From Octopus sinensis (taxonomy: Eukaryota), in NCBI RefSeq assembly GCF_006345805.1, contig NW_021833018.1, forward strand, positions 1 to 64,000: a DNA stretch of 64,000 nt, given 5' to 3'. This document shows, piece by piece, positions 25,431-37,089 of this stretch. Each line of letters starts with the position of its first letter. Within the stretch, counting starts at the first letter, position 1. A model generated the notes under the pieces. The model was given only the letters and a program-made list of their open reading frames with translations. It was not told where the DNA came from and searched no databases. The position numbers and the translations under genes are program-made.

Positions 25431-26801
25431 ATGTTCTCTTCAATCCAGAAAAAAAAGAAATGGGATTAATAGATTTCGATATATCGAAATGCTTATCGAA
25501 GAATTTAAATTCAATAAATCATATAGTTTGACATTTTTAAACAAATTGAACAATTTTTAGAATCACGCTCCCAAATCGTTGCAAATCTTGCAAATTTTGC
25601 ATATGATCCGTTAAATTTTAACATATTAAACAAATTAAACGTAGTCAAACTTGGTACTTTTGTCGAAGTGGTCGCAGTTTTTTTAGGCCTTTTAAAAAAT
25701 CTACTAATTTTTGAGGTGGAATATATTATATTATTTAAGTCGCTCTATCAATAATTTAAAATTATTAAATTTTTTACTAATTATTTTCTAATTTTTTTAA
25801 TATTATGGCGAGCATGTACCTAATATTGATATAAACTGGCACTATAGGTCACATGGAAAATTCTGTTGTGGACTTATGCAACATCAAATTCCGACAGCTC
25901 CCAATAAGTAAGGAGGATGCAGTGCATTTTCTGCAAAATTATTCAGAAAATTCTTTGTGGATCCAACGACGGGAGTGCACACCCAGACAGTAGAACGAAT
26001 GTGGGGAAGTGCCAAATGCAAGAATAAAGCTCAAGAGGAGCTGTAAGACATCATCTGGGATCTTATTCGCAGGTTTTTAGTTAGTTATTTTTTCAGAATT
26101 TATGTGGCGAAAACAAATACAGAACTATAAGGAATCTTTTGCACAGATTGTAAAAGACATAAATTCCTTCTACAGTCCTGGAATTTGGATGCCGCGTACT
26201 AAAAATGACTAAATTGGTTAAATAAATTTTTTTAAATATTTAATAACCATTTAAATTATTGATAGAGGGTTATAAATTAAATAATCTATTTTTCACTAAA
26301 AAAATTAATTAATTTTAATTATCTTCTAAAAAAATGCGACCACTTCGACAAAAGTACCACTTTTTCTAGGTTTTGTAGCTTCAGGGTTTATTTTATAGAC
26401 ATACTTTCCAACACCAATTCGATTAAAGAAATAGAGTTTGCGAGCGCCGGAATCTGCAATCTTGTTTGCGGTTAATAATTTATTTTAAATAACATCACAG
26501 ATACATTTTTTAGAGATCAAGTCATTTCCTTTTCAGGAATGGAAATATTGACTAATTTGCTTGAAAATAACTTTAACGAGACGGTGTTGACTAACGTAAT
26601 GGCATCTATAATATACCTTGCAGGTGAAGACACTCGGCAACGTTGATATTATGTTTTTTTATATCTAGATATATCTTCTAGAGTTGCCGAATATTTTATG
26701 AAACTAAAAGATCATCACTTCATTTCGATTCGGAATTTAGCGATCATTTTTTTGCAGGTTTACGACTTTACTTCATTTTTTAGGATTTTTGTAATCAATA
26801 G
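25431..26801 (+). CDS. ARMC7: Armadillo repeat-containing protein 7, interrupted by a Merlin element
   Basis: Spliced: NGINRFRYIEMLIEEF..QIVANLANFAYDPLNF..VKL[Merlin]FL|DILS..EFASAGICNLVC|D..NETVLTNVMASIIYL..IRNLAIIFLQ|DFCNQ*. ANLANFAYDP, EFAxxGxCNL and RNLAxIFLxDFC are ARMC7 signatures. There is one frameshift in an A-run near 25450. Confidence 0.88.
25653..26358 (+). mobile_element. Non-autonomous Merlin (IS1016-like) element, copy 1
   Basis: TIRs GGTACTTTTGTCGAAGTGGTCGCA. Transposase N- and C-terminal remnants (FVDPTTGVHTQTVERMWGSAK..EFMWR) are joined by a deletion. Only 4 bp (ACTT) are duplicated at the target. Confidence 0.88.
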
Positions 26802-27006
26802 CGAATTCATTTTCCATAAAAGACTAAATTTTATTTGAATTCCTTAAAACAGAGAAGAAATAATACCGATCCTACCTTCGCATGATTATTTTCAATTTTT
26901 GAATTAATTATTTATATTATTGAAGACATTTTTATAGATAAGGAAATTGACGTATGCTAAACAATTCGATTTTTAACTTGTTGATAAGTGACTTAATCAT
27001 CTAGAA

Positions 27007-27470
27007 CAGGTGTTCTCAACCGGGGGCGAATCGCCCCCTAGGGGCGAAACTTTTGTACAGGGGGGCGATAATATATTTAATAAAATATTCGAATTTTAAT
27101 ATAATACAAGTATTTATACATGATCATGCGAGCAGGATCGAACCTTTCAGTAGGATCTCCCTCGTTCGGATCGGCGATCACGGGGATTATTATAATTAAC
27201 TGGCTTACCCGTCTTTGGTCTTTAATAAATAAATAATCTAAGATGTCTTCTCGCTCAAATAAGAAAAGTCGTCATTATCAAAACGAATATTTAAAATATG
27301 GGTTTATTCAAGTACTGAAGATACAGAACAACCATATTGTCTTATTTGTCAATGTTCTTTCTCAAATGAGGCGATGAAGCCATCACGATTACAGAATTAT
27401 TTAAAACGCAAGCACCCGGATAAAATGTCAAAGCCGATTGAATATTTTCAAAATTTAAAATACAATTTTA
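27007..27470 (+). mobile_element. hAT element, 5' fragment (BED-like zinc finger)
   Basis: CAGGTGTTCTCAAC terminus. RHYQNEYLKYGFI..PYCLICQ..SNEAMKPSRLQNYLKRKHP. Confidence 0.75.
27121..27236 (+). mobile_element. 5'-truncated copy of the SINE at 43579-44010
   Basis: Near-identical to 43890-44005 (GATCATGCG(A/G)GCAGGATCGAACC..GGTCTTTAATAAATAAATAA). Confidence 0.85.
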
Positions 27471-27859
27471 TTTACTTTTACGAGGTTTTTGGAATCATGC
27501 ATACAACATTTTGTTTCCAGGCCATAGGTAAGTGATTTGACAACCATCTTGAATTGAAAATCACCGACCTTTGAAAGATTCGCATGTGCACGGTTACTAA
27601 TGACACACCTGTTCTCAAATTCAAGGGATCAAAAGAGTAGCCTTTGTTTAATTAATAATTTGGTCTAATTTAAATCTGACCGATTCTCTATGTATAAAGA
27701 AGATTGTTTTCTATTTATTTATGATTGAATCTTTTAAACATTCATTAATAAATAGACGAACCTCTTGTTAAACGAATTGTTTAATCAAAATTTAGACAGT
27801 TAATTGAAGATAAGTTTTAAATAATTTTTCTTGTTAACTCACTTTCACATCTAAAAATA

Positions 27860-28540
27860 TCGATATTATTGCAAGTTCTTAATGGCAATGATCCAGACCA
27901 ACGAGTACAATTTTGCGAATGGTATTTACAAAAATGTGAGAAAAATGAAGAGTTTTCAAGCAGGATTGTGTAAAGTAGCGAAGCCACATTCAAGTTGAAT
28001 AGGTCCATTAACAGCCATAATTGTATCTATTGGGGACCCGAAAATCAGATGTTACTGTCGAGCGGAATGTCAATTTACTAGGAATTACTGTATGGTGTGG
28101 TTTATATCAAAAGGGTTAAGTGGGCCATTCTTTTTTGACGCAACTGTAATCAGTCAGTTTTACTTGAACTTGTTACAACAGTCTGTCATGCCATTAATTA
28201 GTGACGATTTTTATGATGAAAATGTTCATTTTCAGCAAAATGCTGTTCTCCCGCATTACCATCGCGATGCTAGGTCTTATCTTAATGAGGTTATGCCAAA
28301 CAGTTGGATTGGACAAAAAGGCTTTGTTGAATATCTTCTCCATTCACCTGATCTTACACCACTCAATTTTTTCCTATAAGAATACCTAAAAGCCAAAGTC
28401 TACGCTACAAAACCCCCAACAGGTGCTGAATTAAGAGAAACCATTAAGCATTAATGTACACAGATATCAAGTGAATTGTTTCATAAAGTGTGTGATTCTA
28501 TTTCTTGGCGTTGTTCTCACTGCTAAAAGAAAATCATATA
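27860..28540 (+). mobile_element. Decayed Tc1/mariner transposase of the DD37D/DD41D-like group
   Basis: [49 protein letters not shown]. Confidence 0.8.
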
Positions 28541-29229
28541 AGATTAACTCCCTCCTTAACTTATGCTGTGACCCTAAGAGGTCTGTCAGTTTTTTTCGTG
28601 CCACATTCCTCTTTAATTTCACGGGGGAATGGGGTTAAACAAATAAAAACAAACATAGAAAAAACGGAGAGCATGGAACAGTTCAGAAGAAAGAATAGGA
28701 CAAGGAACTCTCGTACAAAACTAAGAAACTGGACTCGCTCCTCGGTGATGCAGACGAAACTTAACTCTTTCGCAGAGATCAGCTACGAATAACCTTGTCT
28801 GCACGAAGTCAATCCAGATTCCCCCCCGGAATCCTCTACAAGACAACAGGAAAAGAATCTGGAGAAAAAATCAAGCATTTTTCGTCACATTCTCAGGATG
28901 AACATGAATCCTCCAGGGAACCCAAATATAGAGGATCACTTTGTTTAGGATGCATCACGCTTTAAAGGCTGACCAGGAACATCATTGGCGGTCTTCTTTG
29001 ACGAGGATTTCAAAAACATTGCGAAGTGCCTTAAAGATTGAGGGATGTCTACATGTCACGCAACGCGGCTTGGAATAAAACTGTAAACTCCAACATAAAA
29101 GAGTTTACAATGCTAAAACGTACTGATTGAAGTTAAAACGCACTGACGCGACAAATCATGAAGAAGGCAAAAGAAGTTTGATATTTTGATATTATTTACA
29201 TCAATTTCAAGAAAATATTGAAAAATTTC

Positions 29230-30560
29230 ATTTTTAAATTTTTGCACTCTCGGAAAATTTCTCATTTGATATGCTTGGCAATTCAAAAACATCTACAAGA
29301 GCATTTTTAACTTCAAGAGGTATTGTTTTCACAGCAAGAGCATAACAATGCAGCATACGGTGAAGATTTTTTACATTTGCATAGACAGATTGTATCTCAC
29401 CTCGGAAGCCAGAGTTACATCCAACATATCTGGTGCTCCATCTGTGATGCATTTACTAAGATTTTGCTACCATAGACCTATGATAAGTAGAAATCAAAAA
29501 TGTACCTTCAGTTTCAAAAAAACAATTAACCAAATAGTTTAAAGCAGTGGTTCTCAAGAATTTTGAGCCAGGGGCCGTAAAAATAAATTTTTTTATTTAT
29601 AAGGGCCGCACATTTTTTGTCAACTTAATGAAGATAAGATATTTGTTATTTCAGACTGAACTGAAGAAAATACATATGATTTTTGTTTTACTGTGTACAT
29701 GCAATTTAGAGCTGCGTCCTATCGCCGCACATTTGTTATATCAATGAATAAAAGAATTTATAAACTAGTTTGTCATATTTCAAAATCTACAAATGTCGAA
29801 ATCCGCTACATCTGATCTAGATGGATATCCGTTAGTTCATTGTGGTATTATTTCCTAATTTTAGTATCTGTACTTAGAGGTAACTTGTGTGCAATATCGA
29901 AAACAGCGGGCGAACAACATTCCGATGCAAATATTTCGATTGCCGTTTTATATAATTCGCAATCAGAATAAGGCTTCATATTTTTAGCCAATGGGTAACT
30001 AATTTTGTATGATGCCAGGTTAATATTAGACGAATATGTGCCACTTTTGAAAGTGAATGATCGCTTTAAATAATCTTCATTCATTTGTTTTAGTTTTTTC
30101 GTCCGAGTACCAGTGAATTTGTCATAAAGAATAGAGTGGGAAGGATAATGCCGTTCGATTGTATACGTTTTTAAAGTTACAATAATAGAATTGCATATTA
30201 GGCAAAAAGCCTTTCCATTGACCTCAATAATGAAATATTTTTCTTCCCAGATGAGTTTAAAAATCCCATTTTCTTTGGAAATTTTTCGAAAACGTAAGCC
30301 CCTCAATTAAATCCTAGGAGCCGCACTAAAGAATCACTGGTTTAAAGCATTCTTTTTTCCAGCTCTGCTTTACTATATTCTTACATAATTCCTCTGATAA
30401 ATTTTTAATCGATTTGATACTTTTTTCAAGAAAGATAGCGTCTCCCAACGCCGCTTTAATTTACTTTCTAAGTTCGTTTTTTCATGAAGTAGTTTAGATT
30501 GCTTTTCAATTACCAATCGATTTTATTGTCAGAAAGAAACTTCTTTTTTTCATAGTCTTC
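29230..30560 (-). mobile_element. Decayed hAT transposase fragment split by a nested hAT derivative
   Basis: Minus strand reads CITDGAPDML and NLHRMLHCYALAVK. It continues on the other side of the 29545-30339 insertion. Confidence 0.55.
29545..30339 (-). mobile_element. Non-autonomous hAT element (GTF2IRD2/EPM2AIP1/SPIN-like N-terminus)
   Basis: Termini CAGTGGTTCTCAA and CAGTGATTCTTTA with a perfect 8-bp TSD GTTTAAAG (29537-44, 30340-47). ORF shows WEEKYF..FCLIC..IERHY..ASYKISYPLAKNMKPYSD. Confidence 0.88.
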
Positions 30561-30579
30561 CAGATAACTTAGAATACTA

Positions 30580-31868
30580 TGTCACCGGTTTTATAGCCCA
30601 CCGGGTTGGATAACCCACCATCGAAAAAACTACCAAAAAAATATAATCTAAAAATCATCAGAAAATATAATTAACTTTGATTTTCTTCTTTTTTATTAGT
30701 TTTTATATTTTTGCCTGTTGCATAAATCACACATCATTCATTTGTGCTTTACATTTTTAAAATAAATAAAATTTTATTTATTTAATGGGAGTCAATAAAA
30801 AATAAGAATTAATTCATTTAAAAAAATCAAAATTTTAATCAAATTTTTTTAATCTATTTAAATGCACATTTGATACTGTTTCTCCATTATCTTTATTAAT
30901 AGTACACGTAGTTTCAAATTTTTCTGAAACTGTGTACTTATTTATATCCAGTTCGTCATATAATGGGTATCTACGGTTACCAGGGTTATCATCCCTGTCG
31001 TGTTTCAGCAGCACTGTATCTCCAATTTCAATGTCTTCTGCGTCATATTTCCACTTACGACGTTTTTTCATTTTTTCTCCAGCTTGAACAAGGTTTTCAT
31101 GCACTTGTTTCTCAGTTCTTTTATCGTCATTTTCAAAATAATTCGAATTTGACTCATCACTTAGTTCTGCATTTGTTCCGTCAAACATTAACAATGCATT
31201 TATTTGATCTTCTGTTCTCTCCGAATCTCTTTTATCCCCTATAAAAATTTTGAAGGGGGCCCATTTCGTAGTTTCATGTTGTGTAGTGTTATATTTGTAT
31301 ACAATTTCTTGATAAAATTCCTTGAATTTCCCTAGCATTCCGTTGTATGCACTTGTCGAGCTAATCCATCTTTTAATTGATTGATTAAACCTACAAATAA
31401 ATTGACTATAAGGAACCTCTCTACTTGCCCCTGAACCCAGGGTGCTCTAGGTCGTCCACATATATGAGTGATGTTTAATTCGGAGCACATTATTTCCATG
31501 CATTTATTCTTGAACTCTTTCCCATTGTCTGTTTGCAAGATAAACGGGGGTGGGATTGAGAAGAAAATCTTTTTTAACTTTCTTGTTATTTCTTCAGCTG
31601 ATTTCGTTTTTGCAAGTTTTACCACTGCAAATTTGGAAAAGGAGTCGATTACAACAACCAACTAAGACTTATTCAAATAAAAGACCCATCCATAATTGCT
31701 GTTAAGGTTTGAATATCTCCTTAGATCCACTAAATCTGCAATATACCGATCTCTAGGTCCTCATGCAATTATGGGGGTGATAGTTGGTTTTGTTGCCATG
31801 AAATTTTTCGACTAACACTGATTAACAACATTACTTGGCAATAGACACATGCTATAAAACCGGTGACA
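30580..31868 (-). mobile_element. Ginger-like (rve integrase) DNA transposon remnant with two tiny introns
   Basis: 17-bp TIRs TGTCACCGGTTTTATAG. Integrase RDRYIADLVDL..GW|LVVVIDSFSKF..QTDNGKEF..QGQVER|FNQSIKRW..YKYNTTQHETTKWAPF. Introns at 31662-31685 (24 nt) and 31391-31416 (26 nt). One premature stop and a 5' deletion. Confidence 0.82.
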
Positions 31869-32424
31869 TAATATTTCTCATTTTTTTCAATTCTAGACAT
31901 ATAAAAATTGAAATATTCGAATTAATTTTGCTGATATTATAACCAAAAAATACATTTTCAGTGAGAACTGTTCTCGTTTGTAATTTTATCGTTTTTGAAA
32001 GATGGTCACATCATTTTCAACATAAGGCCAGGTCATACAAACCACTTATGGCATTTGCAACAATCTTAATCGATCACCACTTTGCAGCTGAAAGTGGTTA
32101 AGCTCTTTGGACGTTAAAATTTGAAAATTCAAAGATTTAATCTCAAATAAACAATTTCCATTCTGATTTGAATTCACGACCCATATGTACTATGGTTTGC
32201 ATTTGGATTTTCATTTACGTCCATAAAATTTTTGACAATCGAGAATGGTCTTTCAACTTTTTTGAGTATATACCTCTTTTGAGTTATCCATCCAATAGAA
32301 GCTTTTAAATTAATGGATTCTAATTCGTATACATTCAGTTCAATTATTTTTGGATTACAAATATAAATAGACATGTAAAATATTGACGTTCCTGTTCCTG
32401 CGTTAGAACCAAAATATTTAGAAA

Positions 32425-34499
32425 CTAGCTCGGCAGCTCGCTTCGCTCACCGCGACCTAGCTCCTGCGGAGGGCCTGTTTCATCAAACAACTATAAGTTT
32501 ATGTAGATGTATAAAACTACCTGGTTTAATGTAACCCTATTCTATCGCCTGTTGATAAACGATGTTTGTCGTCCGTCCTTCCGTGGCATATATGAATAAA
32601 TTTTCTCTTCTGCCTACCCTCGAGCATCCCACATACAGCTGTCCATGTGAAAAGCACTCACTCTCTAAAAATAACCCAACTACCTTTAATGACTGTCCCT
32701 GGGCCTTGTTTATTGTCATTGCAAAACTCATCCTCAAAGGAAATTGCAGCCTTTTAAATCTAAATGGTAATTCATCAGAAATTATCGGAATTCGTGGAAT
32801 ATAAACATCCTCACCTCTATACTTACCTGTTCATATCGTCGCCTCTATTACGTTAGGCATCAAATTTTTGAGAACTAACCCCGTTCCGTTGCATAATTTA
32901 GGTGGCGCAAGATTTCGTAATAAAACCACTGGAACGCCTATCTTTAACTTTAAAAGATGATTCGGCATTCCAGAGGGATCTAAGGAGTTTAAAAATTCAA
33001 TCCGGTTGAATTTTTAGAAAATAACAAAAAAATAAAGAAAAACAAATAAAAATAAATAATTTAAAAACAAAAAAATAAAAAAAACAAAAAAAAACTTTAA
33101 AAATTTGTAAAATAGTATAAACAAACAAAATCTCTGCCGCCACGGCAACAACCAGTCTAATTTTTTAACAGCCAATTAAGATAATGCTTAAGAGCCTTTA
33201 TAGTACGGAGATTTAGCTTAGTGACCTTGATTAGACAAACCACTGGCGGAAATGGGGCAGCCGGAGATGCGGCAGGCAGAGTAGCAGCAGCCAAAAAAGC
33301 GACACACAAAAAAGATTTAATTAATTACCTTAAGCTGACCGTTTTTTCTTCAGCTTCGTTTTTCCTCCTTCGGTTATCTATTTAAAAAATTATTTTTCAA
33401 TAATAAAAAAGTTTAGGAAAAGAGGCATACCGAAAATAAATTCTATCTTTACGAAAAACTTAACTAAATAGTTAATATTTTTACGCAAATTCTTCTGATT
33501 GCGCTGTCAATTGGTGGTAAATTGTGTTAATAATTGTGCTAATGTGGTTTTAACTATCAAAGTGTTTTTCAAAATCTGTTAATTGCACACTCTATTCAAG
33601 GTCGTGCAATCTGTAATTGCACATTCTGTCAAAGTCAAATATGATAATAGCTTTAATTTTGATTCATGGTCGATAATGATATATGCATTTAATTTTAAAG
33701 AGAAAATCATAGGATGAATTGAATTTCTTTATCGCGAATAATTGGGAGTTCATCATTGTTAATATTCTCGCTGTCGTTTTCATCAAGGATATTCTTAATA
33801 CGTTAGATTTTTGCCTCGAAGGTTTTAATGGACCTCATCATGAATGTCGAGGACATTAACGTTGTTCATTTTAATCAAATGCAGAAAATAATTTTTTGAT
33901 TTTTTGGCGGGAAGGTTTTAAGGACCTCATCATGTAAGTCGAGGACATCGTAGTTGTTCATTTTAACCAAAATGCAGAAAATTTTTTTTTAATTTTTTTT
34001 TGGGGGAGAAGGTTTTAAAAACTTCATCATGTAAGTCGAGGACATCGTAGTTGTTCATTTTAACCAAAATGCAGAAAACTTTTTTTTTAATTTTTTTTGG
34101 GGGGAAGGTTTTAAGGACTTCATCATGTAAGTCGAGGACATCGTAGTTGTTCATTTTAACCAAAATGCAGAAAATTTTTTTTTAATTTTTTTTTGGGGGG
34201 AAGGTTTTAAGGACTTCATCATGTAAGTCGAGGACATTGTAGTTGTTCATTTTAACCAAAATGCAGAAAATTTTTTTTTAATTTTTTTTGGGGGGAAGGT
34301 TTTAAGGACTTCATCATGTAAGTCGAGGACATTGTAGTTGTTCATTTTAACCAAAATGCAGAAAATTTTTTTTTAATTTTTTTTGGGGGGAAGGTTTTAA
34401 GGACCTCATCATGTAAGTCGAGGACATCGTATTGCCAATTTGAAGTTGGTGTGCACACACAGACAGACAGACACACACCATACCATTTTATTATTAAGA
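32425..34499 (-). mobile_element. Non-autonomous Helitron, subfamily B
   Basis: Same A|TCTTAATAATAAAATGGTATGG 5' end and CTAG|T 3' end as the A copies. Helicase C-terminus ([42 protein letters not shown]) and a diverged satellite. Confidence 0.9.
33780..34430 (-). repeat. About 7 units of a diverged ~94-bp satellite inside Helitron B
   Basis: Unit AAAATGAACAACTACGATGTCCTCGACTTACATGATGAAGTCCTTAAAACCTTCCCCC.., homologous to the A unit but with shared diagnostic differences. Confidence 0.92.
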
Positions 34500-35819
34500 T
34501 ATCAATTGAGATATATTCAGGAATTTTGATATTACCAGACTTCTTCATTTCGTCTCGTCAATGATAAATACATCCATCTAAACTTTTCTGATAATAGCCA
34601 ACAGTTCTGTTGCCCGCTTTTGAAGAGAGCAGGCATTAACCAGGCTAATCCTGGTTACATTTGATTAATTTGGTGACTGTTTCCCTTTTTAGGATAGCCA
34701 CAAAACAGAATAAAAATTTAAAATCTTTTTTACTTCTGGTCACATCCTTATAGACATTTCAAGCTTACTGATTAAATCATGTCGAGATCGACCCGTCATC
34801 GACCTAGCTCCCGAAGTCGACAAAGTCTGCATAGCCGAGTGAGATACAGTTTCCTCTGTTTGTATTCCAACTTTAGGTGTTTCCCTAACTATTGGAACGT
34901 TCAATCCTGCATATTACTTCAAGGCTGCATTTTTTATATCTGTTTTCCGAAGCTTCTTTTAACAGTTTCTGCACCAACATTTTCTCATTTTTCGGCTTTG
35001 AAGCTTTTTCAGCTTTCTCACAGCCCCGATGATTTGACAAGTGGCTTGGAGAACCGTAGTTGAAGCATTTTTTCATGTTACAGTCCTTGAAATCTTTCCA
35101 AGCATTTGTGCCTGAACAAAATAGACATTTTTCTGATTTTTACAAAAACGTGTTATGTGCCCAAACTTTTGGCATCGATAGCAATGAACTTCCCGTTTTC
35201 TGTACCACTCGGCCTTTACATTTTTCAGTTTCAGAAAGAGCAGAGGCAGATTCAGGGCGAAAAGCAGAGTCTATGAGCGATGATGCGAAAAACGAGTCGA
35301 CAGTTTACATCCCATACAAGGACAAATCTCATCTTGAACGGGAATAATGTGGACCCGCCAGGAGGAACTTGAATTAATCATCTATCTGCCAAATATTATC
35401 TTTTTTGTTTTTAAAAATCATTTGATTTACCGATAGTTTGGAATCATTAGAACCTTGAAGCTAGGGGAAAATGAATGAAATAGCTATTAATCATTGTGGC
35501 TCTTCTTATAACAAAATGCTGAAATATTTCGTTTTTCAAACAGAAAGTAACAATTAATAAATAGAACTTTGATTCTTAAAAAAATTTTACCGGAAAAACC
35601 TAAATCCATGGCTCCGATCTTAAAAAATATCCTTAATGAAAGTCATAAAATAATTTAAGATATTTTTATTATCATATTTACGTTTTTTGCGCATATTCTG
35701 AGACATTCGATTTAATGCTAACAGAGGTAATTTTTAAGTCTGATTTGAAAATAGAGATAAATTACCAACAATTTTGAAAATCGAATTTTTAATTAGATAG
35801 TTTAATTAATAAAAGATTA

Positions 35820-36000
35820 ATAAAATCAGATATTTTTGTCCATGACAAGATGAGGAATACAATTACACTCATTGAAGTTGGGATTACCTCACAAAATTGC
35901 CTAAAGCAAGTTGAAGTGGAAAAGTTCCACAAATATGACTTTTTGGCAAATGAATTGGGGGCGATCCATCGGGCTAAAGTGAAGATAATCCCTGTTGTAC
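35820..36000 (+). mobile_element. R4/Dong-like retrotransposon restriction-like endonuclease fragment
   Basis: SDIFVHDK..ITLIEVGIT..EVEKFHKYDFLANEL..VKIIPVV matches the PD..IEV..EK..KY RLE pattern. Confidence 0.75.
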
Positions 36001-36439
36001 TTAAATTAATTTACTAATCTAACTTATTTTATGATTTTATGACGGAATTTTTGCTATTTTTAATGAATTTTGTGTCCACAAGAAATAATTACAGGCCTCG
36101 ATTGGTGTCACATAGAAACTTTAAGGCTTAGTTTGCTATGCCAGGCTTTCCTCATTATAGCACATGTATGGCCTTAAAGAACAATCACAAATTTTTCTCA
36201 CTAGTCAAACAACTATATGGATGACAAATAAATTTAACTAAACAAATTACTCCACCAATCAACAATAGTCATGCACCACTACCCAAAACATCAAGCTATC
36301 AGTCTGTCAATTCTTATCGTGATCAGTTTTTTTGCGTTGAGTCAAATTGATCCGATAGCTCCAGTTTTGGTGGTGGTCTTATGTCAATTCTTTTAAATTT
36401 GAGCTTTGCAACTATATTCCTTAAAACCCCAAAGATGGT

Positions 36440-37080
36440 TGCAGAAGAAAAGGGAATTGCTGGTTTGCAGTTTGGCTTGCAGAAGAAAAGGGAATTGTTG
36501 TTTTAAGACTCCTGATGCCGTATCGAATGCCACGGCGGATCATACATTTGCCATTTTCTTAGGATTACTGCGAAAAGTATCTGAAGGGCAAACCTATGAT
36601 AGAGAAAACAAATGGATGGGCTGGGATCCTTAGCATTTTTTAGGAAAAGGCTTACCAGGAAAAACATTTGGCATTATCGGCTGTGGTGGGTTTGAAAGGT
36701 TGCTGTTCGTCGAGCAGTTAAACTTGATCTCAATGTCATTTGTTATCATTACCGTAAAAATTGATGCTAGGGTTCGTGAGTTGAGCAAAGTTTCTTAGAA
36801 AGAAATGCTCGAGACAGTTGATTAACCCTCTCTTTATTTTCCATTAACGAAAAAAACGCGAGGGATGATTAATTATGAAGCGATTTAACAAATAAAAAAA
36901 AGCCTAACATCAACATAGCTCAGAGTCCCATCATTAAAACAAATGATTTGGTACCTGCACTAAAAAAAAACCTGCTAGGTGGAGCACCTTTAGATGTGAC
37001 AGATCTTGGACCTTTGTTAGGAGATTATCATCCTCTTTGTCATTTAGAAAACTTTTTAGTTCTACCTCATATTGCTTTGA
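36440..37080 (+). pseudogene. D-isomer-specific 2-hydroxyacid dehydrogenase (glyoxylate/glycerate reductase-like) pseudogene, intronless
   Basis: KTPDAVSNATADHTF, WMGWDP.HFLGKGLPGKTFGIIGCG (Rossmann), FPLTKKTRGMIN, INIAQSPII, GGAPLDV, ENFLVLPHI. Many stops and frameshifts. Confidence 0.85.
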
Positions 37081-37089
37081 GACTCAAAC

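Larger units (their letters stand above)
31950..35370 (-). mobile_element. Decayed LINE 5' half (gag-like ORF1 with CCHC knuckles plus APE endonuclease), split by Helitron B
   Basis: CYRCQKFGHITRFC and KCFNYGSPSHLSNHRGC knuckles. APE start RISLVNACSLQKRATEL..DVFIIDETK. It resumes below 32424 with NANHSTYGS..NQNGNCL. Confidence 0.72.

Noticed and set aside
28540-29110. GC-richer stretch, possibly a LINE fragment
   Set aside because: Only a weak resemblance to an RT C-terminus, with no diagnostic motif, tail or TSD.
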